Source: Octopus sinensis (lineage: Eukaryota). From it: DNA of 64,000 nt. The notes beneath the pieces are model-generated. The model did not search any database, was not told the DNA's origin, and was given only the letters and a program-made list of their open reading frames with translations. Location: the NCBI RefSeq assembly GCF_006345805.1, contig NW_021831286.1, positions 124,001 through 188,000 on the forward strand, in the 5' to 3' direction. The number at the start of each line of letters is the position of its first letter. Position 1 is the first letter of the stretch. Below are positions 1-12,578 of the stretch, piece by piece. Both the position numbers and the translations under genes were made by a program.

Positions 1-2729
1 CCTCCTCTTGCTATTATTTTGTCCTTCCTCAGAGTATTCGTTTTCTGTCACCTCATCATGTCTCCTCTTCATCGAGTTAGCTCCCCTTTGGTGAGTGTTC
101 CACACTGCATAATCTTTGTTGAGAATCAATGCTTTAGTCATTACGTCTTCGAAACCATGTTTATATTCTACGAACATTCCTTCCAACGTCTTCTTTAATG
201 CAGGCGTTTGGATGTATGTCAAAACACTGTCTTTAATGCCAATCAAATCCATGTATATTTTAAAATACTTGGAGGTGATCGCATCCCAGGTAATGACAAT
301 CGGAAGTATTTTGACTTTGGCTTTGTAAATGACTTCTAATTCACTTCCCAGGATATCATATTTATGAAGTTTTTCAACTTCAACTGCTTTTAAATTATCC
401 ACACACGTCACTCCAATCTCTATTAGCCTTATGTGGTTTAATTTTTTGTCGTATAGGAAAATGTCCGGCTTGTTATATTGAATTTTTGATTCGGTAGGGA
501 TAGTAGTGTCAACTCGTAATTCAGCACGATCGTTGGTAATTACGCTTTGGATAGAGTGAGTCTTTAACCTTTTTGATTTTTTGAATCCAAATTTTCTGCA
601 TAAGTGCATGTGTATGCATTTAACAATTTCGTTATGTTGCCTTGTATAATCGGAATTAAGCATTCTATTGCATCGAGTTGCCAAATGGTCGACTGTCTTA
701 TTAGAAGATTTGCAATGTGGGCATTTCGAACCAAGCTCGCGGAAGAAAATATTCCTGTCCTGCAGAAGGAAGAACGTGGCTTTAGATTTAGGGGAAATAT
801 TTCCTTTTACAATCCATTTTGAGGATGTCTGTATATCGAAAGTCTCATTATCAAGTGATTCAAATAATTTTGAATGGAGAGTTTTCTTTTTAATAGCTGA
901 TAAGAGACACTCAATCTGCAGACTCTTTAGTGTCTGTTCAATGTGCTAAGTTGATTCATATTTTATTTGCGAGAATTGTGTAATTGTGGCCATATGTGAC
1001 TTTCTTTGTTGTTCAGCCCACAGAATTCCTGCACTCCTCAGAGAAGTAAATTTTCGCCTTTCCAGACTTGTTTTGAAATCAAGCAACATTTTCTCAGCTT
1101 TGAAAGTGATAGATATCAATCCTCTTCCAAACATATTCCTCGGTAAGTAAAGTCTTTCTTTGCAAGCTGGTTTCATATGCACATTCAAATTCATAAGTAT
1201 TTTTCTGACTAATTTATCAATTTCTTCAAATTCACAGGGTTCTAAGTCAATGAGTCCAATATAGTAATTGCACAGTGATAGAGCATGTTCATTGATTGCT
1301 TTAAATAAATTGACTGAGTTTAATTTAGTTTCCGATAACTTTTCAATACGGTTTTGCATTTCTTCTTTAATATTTTTGAGTACGTCTTCTTTGAGTACTT
1401 CACTACATCTGTTTTCTAAAACTCCCAAATATCTGTAGCTGTCCAGACCATCCATCAATTTACCATCATTTCTTAATAGGTAACTATTTGTTGCTGATTT
1501 ATCGAAATTCCTCTCCAGTCCAGATGATTCAAAGTAATAGTTCACATCTTCCATCATCCACGCCAATGTCTCCTCTTCTTTGGACAATAGCTTCAAGTCG
1601 TCAATGAATAGGAAGTGATTTGTAGAAAAGGTTAAGGAATTAATGCCACCAGAATTTATCGATATATTTGGATATTTTGAAGATAAAAGTCTACTTAACG
1701 GATCCAAAACAAGTACAAATAATTGGGGCGACAGAGAGTCGCCTTGGAGTATACCACGTTCTATATTAACAGTTCCCAGCTGTTTTTTTCCCAATCTCAA
1801 AGAGACTTTCCAGTTTGGAATAATTGACATAATAAAACTAGTTATCCAATTAGGCAGTCCAGAGTTTTCGAGGATTTCAACAAGAAAGTCATGACTAACT
1901 GAGTCAAATGCTTTCTTGACGTCGATCCATGCACAAAATAATTTATTATCGTGCGCTCTATTGACGCATCTGTTTAAAAGTGCAAGTTCTTTTGCTCCTT
2001 GACAATGTCGTTTAGTTCCAAGCTGGTACTCAATTATCAAGTTGTAAGTGTCGGCATATATTGCAATTTTTTCATTCACACACTTTGTAACCAGTTTGTA
2101 CAAACATGGCATACATGTGATCGGTCTGAGGTCCTTGGGGTCAATAGAGGTTGCTTTCTTTGGGATCAGGTAAATGATTCCAGTATAAAACCAACTTTGC
2201 GGGTGACTAGTTCCGTTAATAATATTTCTGATTTCTTGAAATAGGAATTTGTAAAGAGAATCCAATTTTTTGATAAAAAATTGTATACACAATCACATCC
2301 CGGAGCTCTCTAGTTAGGAAGAGATTCAATTAAGTTTAAAATGAACTCGTCATTGATGTCTGAGTCATTGTGCTCAGCACCAGTAAATCTCTTATTCACT
2401 CCAAAACTTAACTAATTTTTGTCCTTTTTCTTCCAGACGTCCATCCAAAATTTGAGACAATCAGATGTGTCGAAACAATCAATCTGAGCATTATCAGAGT
2501 TAGAATGTAGGTTTCTGTAGAACGACCTTCGATTCAACTCAAACTTCCGATTATCAATTCGGTATTGTCTTCTTGAATCTGCAATAAACACCTTTTTGTT
2601 TAGGATTCGAATCTGGTCTGTGATTGTTGTCGAGATTCTTTCAAATTCTCCTCTTTTGGTTTTTTTGCAATTGTAAGAACATAAAATGTCAATGACTTTC
2701 TTCTTTTCTTCGTCTTTGATAGTAGACAT
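1..2729 (-). mobile_element. R4/Dong-like RLE non-LTR retrotransposon (RT + CCHC + restriction-like endonuclease), disrupted, runs off window start
   Basis: RT motifs LRPITCMPCLYKL, DVKKAFDSV, GILQGDSLSPQLF, LFIDDLK (946-2292). The same frame continues past TAG at 946-948 into CPHC..DHLATRC..QHNEIV and KPDIF..EIG..VEVEKLHKY, open to base 1. Further lesions: TAG near 2412, TAG at conserved Trp near 2310, 1-nt deletion in a T run near 2278. Confidence 0.9.
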
Positions 2730-2749
2730 AAAGTATTTTGATATTAATA

Positions 2750-3075
2750 TTTATTTATTATTTATTTATTTATTAACTCCAAGATCACCGAGAAAGATAG
2801 GTCAAAACTAATTAGGTGATCCCTGCCTCCAACAGCCCTACTATCCTTACATGATCTTCTGATGATCCAACCGTAACCCGGAAACGCCTTCTCTTCCTTC
2901 TGCAGAGGAACTCAATTGGAGTGCATTTCTTTATAACCGACCGAAATTCCTCTGCATGGGCCACCTTTTCCTTGAGTGGGTTTCCCAGTTCCTTGCAGAA
3001 ACGTAGGAAACCCTGTCCATTCTTCTGCGTCGCCTACTCAGAAGCAAGGCTGCCAACTGAGGTGTCAGTGTGGAG
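2750..3075 (-). mobile_element. Probable 3' end of a LINE with (AAAT)n tail
   Basis: GC-richer island. Minus-strand frame ends ..VGLLEAGIT*, followed by a short UTR and aataaataaataataaat at about 2750-2775. Confidence 0.35.
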
Positions 3076-4653
3076 CATATGATATTAATATATTTTTTTC
3101 AGTCAAAGACTCAATTTTATTTTGTATTAGTCAAAAGTGAAATTTCTCTATTTATAAAAATAAAAACTCTACTAAATTCATTAATTCGATTTATGTTCAA
3201 AATAAATAAATTTATTAACAAAACATCTCGCCACAATGTCTTTGTTGTTGAGCGCTATTAAATATGCAAAGACAAAGGAGTTTCGGACATGGATCTCAAG
3301 GTTAGCATATTATTAATAATTCCATAGCACGGTAAATTAGTTAATACTTATTTTAGCACTTTTGGGGACCAGGTAACAACACCAAATAAATTTAAGTTGC
3401 CAACTGGGGTCTGCCTCTAGCTGCTATTTCTGACTGTGCTACTCGATCACCAGAATATATCTCGTTCAAGATGACGTCTGCTTTGTGTCTCTACTCCCTT
3501 TTGTTTATGAGATTCGCCATTGTCGTCCAGCCACGAAACATGTTTCTCTTTTCTTGTCATTTCACTAACGAAGTCGCCCAAATTGTTCAGTTGATTAGGT
3601 GTATTAACTACGGGTAAAACGCTCTTTTACTTTTATAGTTATTCCACCAAGTCAGTCGATAATTGATTCCTAACATTCCATTTAATTCTGTGGTTTTTTT
3701 ACAAATAAAGAAATGTCATATTTCATTAGGAGATGTAGCCACTTTGTAAGAAAAAAAATTTTTTTTAGAATATCCAGCTCGGAGAAAATCGGACTCCGAT
3801 ATGTGAAAGAAACGAAAGCTTAGTCTGAGAAAGTATTAGGGATGTACCCAGGTCGTATCCCACACAAGCGACTTTCTACGCTTAGATGAGTATATGGTCA
3901 TCTCAGCAGGGCGTTTCCAATCACCGAATGTGGTTTACAGGCCTATTCATGCCTGCAAGCTGGCTTTGATTACTTTCTAAATCCAAAGCCACAACAAAAG
4001 ATAGTGAGGATTGTCGGAAATAATCCGATTATTAATTAATGGTAATTCTGTTTTAGATCAAAACTAATTTAATTTTATTCTCGGTTAATGTAAGTATTAT
4101 GACAAAAATGCTTAGAATACATTACACCTAAACTCTGATTTTAGCCCTAGGAAAAGTGGAGATATCCACACTAAACTAATTGAATGTTTAGATATTGAGT
4201 AAACAAAGTATTATTTAGAGAAATACACTATGTGATAAACTTCTCGTAAATCAGTTGGTTATCGCCGCTTGTCTTATCGTTTTCTGAACCTCACTCCGCG
4301 TTGTGAATATTTTAGTGATTATATAAAAATAATTCGCGAAAATGTTATTTGATAATGCGTTCCGTCGAAACTCTATTAGCGAAACTCAATTTATATAGTT
4401 TAAAATTCTCCATTCTAAACAAATACAAAAATGCCGTCTAAAAATATCACAAAACTCGAATGTCGATAATTTGATTGAAAGTGTAAAATTGGACAAAAAT
4501 TATTTTCAAGCATTTGGAAAATATTGAGAAATTAGCTGAATCATTCGTTAATAGCATTTTTTAGTAATCTAAAAATATCTAATTTGTTAGAATACAAATT
4601 TATTGAAATTCTCGTTAGGAGTATTTTAGCCGAAGTTACCAGAGTATCTAAAG

Positions 4654-5794
4654 CAGCGGTTCTCAAATGCGGCCCCCAGGATTTTTTTTGCGGCCCCTCC
4701 AGAGTAAATAACTTTTTTAATTTTTTAATAATGTTTAAATTTAATTATTCATTCTCAAGGTTAAACATATCCATAATTGGTGATTTCATTAGCCAATTTG
4801 AAGCACGTTTTGGGGTACATTTATATAGATTTAATTTTTAGAATTCTAAAGAATTCCTTCCTTTAATGAAAATATTCGCAACTCCATTCAGCGTGGAAAT
4901 TAAGGATGCGCCTGCAAAGTTTCAATTAGAACTCATTAATTTACAACATGATATAGAACTGGCGGCATTGTTCAAAAATGCGTCCATTATTAATTTTTAC
5001 GAATTAATTCCTCAAGACAAATTCAAAAATATAACACACAATGCATATATGAATCTACATATTTACAGCGATACAAATAAAAAACGGAACAGCCAATTTC
5101 TCAATTTCTTTCTATATAATGCTTAATTTCTTTTAATAAAAAATCGAATTTCAAGATAATCTTAACTTTTGCCTTTTATAAAAATCCAAACGTCAAAGAT
5201 TTTAATATGTATTTAAACCAAATTTTTTTCAAACAAAATAAAAAAGAGAACAATGGTAGTTCAAAATTTAGTATGACCCTCCTGAGCATTAATTGCGTCT
5301 AAAATTCTGTTCCGCATTGTTCCAACAAGGGATGTCGCATATTCTATTGAAAGATCATTCCAAATATTTTTTAATTCCTCAAATAAGTCACTCTTTTTTT
5401 TAAATTCAGTCCCTTTTATTTTATGTTTCATGAAGACCCACACGTGCTCGATTGGATTCAAATCGGGACTTTGAGGAAACCATTGTAATAACTCAATTCG
5501 GTGTTCATTAAAAAAATCTTTAGCCACCTTGCATGTGTGCTTTGGATCATTATCTTCTGATAAATTGGAGACCGGATTCCGGTTTTCTCCAAAAAAGCAA
5601 CAAATAGTCCGCCAAGATGCTTACATATAATTCCCATTCATAATTCCCTTCCGTTTTTTATTTGTATCGCTGTATGTGAATCAATATTTAGTAAAATGGA
5701 AAATATTAAAATATATAAAATATTTTTGTGCGGCCCGCGAAGCTAATCTTAATTATCGATTTGGCCCTTGAGCTAAAAAGGGTGAGAACCCCTG
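4654..5794 (+). mobile_element. Internally deleted hAT (Charlie/SPIN-like) transposon
   Basis: TIRs CAGCGGTTCTCA / TGAGAACCCCTG. Perfect 8-bp TSD ATCTAAAG (4646-4653, 5795-5802). C-terminal transposase FATPF..FQLELINLQ..STYLCESIFSKM is restored when the nested Tc1 is removed. Confidence 0.9.
5066..5672 (-). mobile_element. Internally deleted Tc1-like transposon nested in the hAT
   Basis: 24-bp TIR CAGCGATACAAATAAAAAACGGAA at both ends, TA duplicated. ORF 5261-5527 has DNDPKHT..QSPDLNPIEHVW. Confidence 0.9.
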
Positions 5795-6289
5795 ATCTAA
5801 AGCAACACTCTCTCTCAGATAATTTATGGATACTACAGTTGTTAAACTTACAGGATTCTAGGACAACATTATAAAATTCTAAGCCCTTATTTGAAACATT
5901 TCTATCAATTTAACGTGATGGAATATTCATAAATATAATTTTAATCGCGGCGAGGGTTATAGCTACATGAATAATGTTAAAGTATGGAACTTCAGTATGG
6001 TTCGAAGAAGCAAGATCAATTATTATTGAAAAAAATGTTGGGTTCACTTTCTTCATTTAATTCTTTCAAAAAGACACCAATTTAATCTAAACATTTGTTT
6101 TTAAGATCGCTAAGGTTTAAAACTAAGGATTAGTTCAAGGATCATCGTGTCTATTTAAAGAAAATTAAAACAGTTCCACCCAAAGACTGGATCCTATTCT
6201 CTGCTCAAAAAGTTCGTCGGACGATAGTTAGGACACGAAAGTCAGAAGTCAGAGGATCAGATTCTATATCCACTATGGAGCTGAGACAT

Positions 6290-7560
6290 CTGGGTCTCCT
6301 GGTGCTGGAGATGCTAGCCCTGCTCTTCAACTTGTCAATAAACACGGATTGTATCCCTGAAATTTGGAAGAGATCTCACATAATACCGATTCGGAAGGCA
6401 GGCAAACCAGCATAGGAGCCATCTTCTTACAGACCGATTTCTATCCTCTGCTCAATTTTAAGAGTTTTGGAAAAGATGGTCCTTGATTGTATTTGAGATG
6501 ACATCCCAATGTCTTTCTTTCAACATGGGTTTAGAGAAAATTATTTAACTTCAACCCACTTGACGACGCTTTCTCTATTTATTTCTGAAGGATTCAACGG
6601 CCAGAAACCTTACTTAAAGACTATTCTTGTTCCCCTTAATATTACAAAAGCTTTTGATTTAGTTTCAAGAAGATACCTAACAAAGAAAATTTGTGATTTT
6701 AACATTCACTCCAATCTAAAGAAATGGCTTGCTAGCTTCCTAAGCGGAAAACGCGGACAGGTCATCCGCAACAACGTGAAATCAAAAACACCGCTCCTAC
6801 TGAATGGGGTCCCTCAAAGCTCCCCTCTATCTCCCACACTATTCAATTTATATGTACACGACATGTTAGAGCGAACTAACGACAACTGTCTTCTTCTTTC
6901 TTATGCTGACGATATTGTCATTGGTGCTAAAGATAGACTTTATGAAAACGCATCCCAACGGTACAAAAGATACTTAATTCATTAACTGTCTGCAACTACG
7001 ACTGGAAGTATTGCCTACAAAGTCTTTTGTAACCTTATTCACCACTTGTAAACAACAATATTCAAGAAGACCTTTAATCATGATTAACAACGAGACAATA
7101 CCTTTTACGGCCACGTCAACGATCCTTGGTGTGACCTTCGATCGAAGACTCAAATTCGCAAATTATGTCGAAAACCGGGTCACTAAGGATCCTGAAAATG
7201 ATTTCAAAATCCTTTGGTAGAAACGCTAAGACTCTATAAACTTTATATCATCAATTCATACAATCGACTCTAATCTACGCAAGCGAATCGTCGTCGATGG
7301 CCATCTCCCGCTCCTCTCTAATGAAATTATCTACAATTCATGAAACCGTCAAAAAATTAATTGGCCGGAACCTCTTATCTAACACCCTGGAGACAATTTT
7401 CATCAAAAGGCAACAAAAATGATGAAGACAGCCTCTACTCCTGCGATTCCCTTATACGTATTCTTGTTTAATTACCTCAAAAATCGTCAGCGTTTGGAGC
7501 TATCGACATGTCTTTTTTGTGAAGCCATCTAGGACTCTCTTCCACGTCTGACAAAACCTC
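6290..7560 (+). mobile_element. Degenerate APE-type LINE, RT region
   Basis: SYRPISILCS, NITKAFDLV, GVPQSSPLSPTLFNLY, LSYADDI; stops and frameshifts present. Confidence 0.85.
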
Positions 7561-9199
7561 CTTTGCATGGTCACTTAGTTAGCCAGGACTTTTCTCTTTT
7601 TTCCTTATAACCCGGTGATTCTGGGGTAACAATAAATAAGATTCAAAACTGCAACTTAATTGCGACTTTATAAAAGTTCCAGTTTCATTAGTGTTATGTA
7701 AGTATCGACCTGTGTTTTATCTAAATTGTATTGTTAAAAAGTATTCGCAAAATTTTTTATTGTGACTATAGGAATTCTCATTTGTTAATATTTCACATCG
7801 TAGAAACCGCCTGTATTTAAGTTGATAGTTCAAATAATCAAGTGACTTTTTCAAAATATAAAAAGCCACAAAACTGAATTTAATCCAAAAAAACTAATCA
7901 ATAACGGCGTTTGTAACAACTATTATATAAAATGATCTGCGAAGACCAATTAACTGAATTTGTTATTTTTATTTATGGGTTCCAATCATTTGTTAAAGTC
8001 TTTTAACTTTAATATGGTATTTAAATAATTTTTGGCAATTAAACCAATTAATTTGTTCAATTTGATATAAATGATATAAAAATATAGCAAATTCGTTGAT
8101 TGCTTTATAAAAGTTTTCTTTAAACAAATACATTTTTAATTCGTGTAGATTTTCTTAAGATCTTGTTTAATTGCCATCATTTTTGCAAATCTAATAGACT
8201 TATAAGTATTTTATGTGTCCGTTCTTCTAAGCTCAGCATATAATATGGGACGACAATTCACTTTGTATAGCTTTATCTCAGAAAAATGTATGTAAGACCT
8301 ACAGGTCTTATCGTGAATGTAGCGATTGACAAAAAGTAACCTTTTGTTGCAGATTATCGAATAAATTTGTCAACAATCCATTTTTTACAACAGAAAATAT
8401 TCAAATAGGTTTCAGCTTGGTTTCCACAGTTGCATGATCCATTTCCAATTTGATAAAGTATACCCAATCTGGATGTATTATGTAGTTTTACTTTATTAAG
8501 TAAGTAATGCTATGAAATGTAGACAATATCTGACTTCAGATTGAATACGAAAATGATTTAGGGACAAAAATTACAAGTTTGATTTCGTCCTGGAAATAAA
8601 ATAAGCAAATCAAGACCAAAAGTACAAGAATTGTGAACCTTAAGTAAAAATAAACAGCACTATGCAGTTTACAGTTCATCTAAGGACATCTTTTCTGCGC
8701 TGGACAAATATTATAGAATTTAATGTTAATTAGGTATTTTTTTAATATTATATATTAATTAATTTACAACATTGATATTTCTTTTATCTTAATTTTAATA
8801 GTATTTACAATTTGCATCGTGCTCATCTTGTGTTCTTGTTGGACCAGATGCAGATTTGTAAGATGCAAGAGTCTGAGGTTTCTGAACAAATTATAGAATG
8901 TTTTAGGATTTTAATGATTTACAATTTTTGAACAACTTTAAATTTAAAGCGTCGTCAATGAGTATTAACAGTGCATCTGATTTCCAGGAACTATTTGTAT
9001 TTGATTTGTTATCACCTTCAGAACTATAGCTGGCGATTCAAATCTGATTCACTCATCACTGAGTATCAGGAAACAATCATGTCTGTCCTAAACAGATACC
9101 CAATCCTACTCAAACCAATCATCCTCAGATTATTTAACGACTTTTCCTACAGTGATTTCTACCATGTAATTCTTTAGTATTTCCCCCCAATCAAGTGGA

Positions 9200-10500
9200 G
9201 GACGAACACGTGACCAAAGTGGAATCCTCATTTGCCTATGTTCACAATTTGTTTGCCAGAATCGTCAACTCTTATTCCAGGTAGTCCAAATGTGTTATAT
9301 TGACAGTCAAGTACAAACAGTGTTGCTGAATTGTGCTGAGAATTCATTTCCTTATTTTGGACGACATGAACTGACCGTGTCTTATTATGTTGACAATCTG
9401 CTAAATATACTTCCTTTGGTGTCCTCAATTGCACACCGACGGTCTCTGCTTGTGTTGATTATGTCCCGTTCTCTTGTGATTGACACACACATCAGCCGTG
9501 ATTGGCTCACTAAAGAGTCCTCGTTGAGTGATGAGAGCAGTGAGGACTATTTTCTGCTTAGAAAGATATCACTTGTCGTTTCAAGAATCGTCCGATTTGT
9601 ATCCAAGACTTGTTTTAGTTGGGCTTTGTTTATAATATACAGGCGTTGTATCCTTTAATGACTGGCTGTATGTTTTCGAACATATTTTTCTGTCCATGGC
9701 TCATTCCAATCAACTTCATTTTGTGATTTTATATGTAGTGGGTCACAACCAGGTTATTTTCTTGATTAATACGACAGAAGGGGTATGATTTGATGTGGCA
9801 GTATTTGTGGCGGAGAGTGGTCGATTGTAAACGGCCTGTAATTGTGCGTATTAACTCGTTGTCTTATTTGTCTTCTCTGCTCTCCCGTGGAAGGGATGTT
9901 CCTCACAGGTAATTCTGTCGTTATATTCCCAGAGTGGCTAGAAAGTGCATGGAGGCACTTATTTTATGGCTTGTGCAGTTTGTTAACTTACATAGACAAT
10001 ACTCCTGTCATGATTCTTTGACAGTTTTTTGCTGTGTTTTTCAAACCCTGGCACAATTCGTCGTCGGTTTTTGCGATTGTTTGCCTTCTTTGTTTGAGGG
10101 CAGTCCACATGTGTGTCAGAATTATTTCGGAAGTATTCTTTCATCATCTTTAAATCCACTTTCATACATCAATCAGGGAATTTGCGAGTTGTTTGTTATT
10201 ATTTTGTGGAGAAATGGGTTATCTAATAATGCCTTTTCTATTTTCCGGAGAAACAAACGTCTGTCAGTGCGTTGTTCATCCGGTGTGGTTGATGGGGTTT
10301 GGGATCCTTTTGGGCTGCCTATTCTGATGAGGGGAGTTGATTATCCTATTCGTCCACCGATCATGATTAGTCATATCCGACGAAAGTTAGATTATGAAAT
10401 GTCCGACATGCTTGGCCACAAGTCTGGTAATTTCAACCCATTGGATTCACGTGATATTTTGTTAGAGACCATCTCTCAAGATCTTTCTGAAATGTGACAT
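9200..10500 (-). mobile_element. Probable Penelope-like (GIY-YIG) retroelement relic
   Basis: Across frameshifts the minus strand reads IVPGFEKHSKKLSKNHDRSIVY, RITCEEHP/TGEQRRQIRQRVNTH (cf. YIGETGR.L..R..EH) and VDWNEP. A/C-rich sense strand, heavily decayed. Confidence 0.45.
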
Positions 10501-10809
10501 TTTTTATTATTATGTCTGTTGATATAATTTTTCATTTAATCTTTGTTAATTTATTTATAATCCAGATTCGGAGGTGTCATATATTTGTACTTGGACAGTA
10601 TGCTTTTCTTTAAATGAAATAATAGAAAACCACGTTTTTTATACACGTGGATTCAGTGGCTTTCTCTGCAAAACCTGTGTTTTTTTAGTAATTCTCATTT
10701 TCGCGACAGATTATATTTATCATAGTGGGCGTTCGAAATAATTTAATCACTAAGTAGTCAAAACTGCTACAAAAATGGCGTATAGAAAGATTTTAAAAAT
10801 GTTTAACGA

Positions 10810-11524
10810 TCAATTCATTCCTCTCCTCTGACTAAAAATAGACTTTGGTCGATGCTTCCTATCCACGGTCGAATCAGCGCCCTCATTTGAATTCCTCTCA
10901 AAAATAAGGTCTTCCCTCGCATTTTTAAACTGATTATTGTTGATATCCCCCGGAGAGTTTATCAAACCGTCCAATTTCACTTCGTACGAAGGAACATGAG
11001 AGTGAGCGAACTCGATTAAATTACATTTGTGTTCGCTGTCGTTTTCATATTCAATTATTTCAACAAAGTCCTTGTCGTCAAATTCTTGTAACATTCCCAA
11101 GTTCGAATTAAGTAGATCTAATTGTTGTTGCAATTCATCTCGACGACTTTCCATGTCTAACAATGATTTAATAAATAATATTTAAGTTAAAAATACACAA
11201 CATTTAGGCGACGTTGTATCACTTCTTTAGCATGGTTAGTCGAACATTTAACAAAGTATTCATCCCCCAATAACACCAGGGCTTCATTGGTGTGCATGAG
11301 ACTTCCTTCCATGAAAGCTACTTTCCCGAAGGGTATTCTCATTTCCATGCGAAGTTCTTTGTGAATATTTGATAGAAAGTCAATTGTATTTCTCGTTGAA
11401 ATTATCATTTGATTGCTGTGCTAATAATAATCATTCTGTACTTGTTTTCTATTTCATTTTGCGTTGTTTGCAGTTGCTTTTTTCTGTAATTTTCAAAAAT
11501 CATTTTGTCCTCACGTGAGTTCAT
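10810..11524 (-). CDS. URI1: Unconventional prefoldin RPB5 interactor (spliced, short introns)
   Basis: Prefoldin-alpha hairpin MRIPFGKVAFMEGSLMHTNEALVLLGDEYFVKCS and C-terminal RPKSIFSQRR. A 26-nt intron joins ATG 11524 in frame; the exact boundaries of intron 2 are uncertain. Confidence 0.8.
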
Positions 11525-12578
11525 CTACAAAAATAATATTTTTTAATTTAAATATATATTATCTACCCCTTTATTTTTTAAAAATTTAAAGATCTGTGAT
11601 GTAGAATAATTATAATCCTAATAAATCGTAATTATCCCTGCCGCAAGATGAGATTTTTAATAAGTTATTAATTAACCATCCAGAGGACCTCCTTCTGGAC
11701 AGCACTCTTGCAAAACCGAAGCCTTCTTTCTGTTGCTATTGTCTGGAGATGTTGAACAAAATCCTGGACCAAAGAAATTATTGAATGTTATAAGCTTAAA
11801 CATAAATGGCGTCAGTGGAAATATGTACATGGAAAGAAAGAATATCGATATTTGCCTGCTACAAGAAACCAAGTTATCAGTAATGGCCAGCAATCCACAA
11901 TTCCATGGTTATAACGTTGTAAGACAGGAGGTCGAAGTGGGGGCTTAATGACCCTTGTCAGGAAGGGAATTGTATTCACAAAAACTCATGAAATCTTTAC
12001 AAAACTGGCCCAAGATGCTAACTCTGAAGTCACGGGGCTTACTATTCGTACCTCCAATGGAATTATTACTTTTGGAAACTTATATATTCCCCCACCGGGG
12101 TCATGCGCCAAAGGATTTATTGTCGATCTGTCTAGTTTTGATAATGTGGACAACTTACTGCTTTCCGGCGATTTTATGCAAAGCACCCTCTGTGGTTTCA
12201 GACACTACCGCCTGATGCAAAAGGAAACCTCATTATTTCCCAATTCAACAGATTATCCATTATGAACGATTCAAAGAAAAATACAAGGATGCCATATAAC
12301 GGAAAAGAATTGACCACATCCCCAGACTTAACCTTTTGTTCCCCGAAATTAGCACCAATTATTTTTTGGACCTACAGAGTGATCACAATCCAATCATTAT
12401 ACGGATAAACTGTTCTCCAATGACCCGAGGGAAACATGATTCCTACTACGATTACAATAATGCAAAATGGTCGGCTTATAAGAAATAAGTCGATACGAAA
12501 CTTTCTACATTCTATCCAGGACCTCGATAGGGCAGCTTAATACTTCAATAAAGTGATACTCGAGGGAAGGAAATTATA

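Noticed and set aside
946-2412. Three in-frame TAG codons in the R4-like ORF, suggesting stop-codon reassignment
   Set aside because: One replaces the conserved Trp of LPNW(K/R)APG (a simple TGG>TAG change), and the same ORF has a frameshift. No host exon needs TAG read as sense. Ordinary decay explains it.
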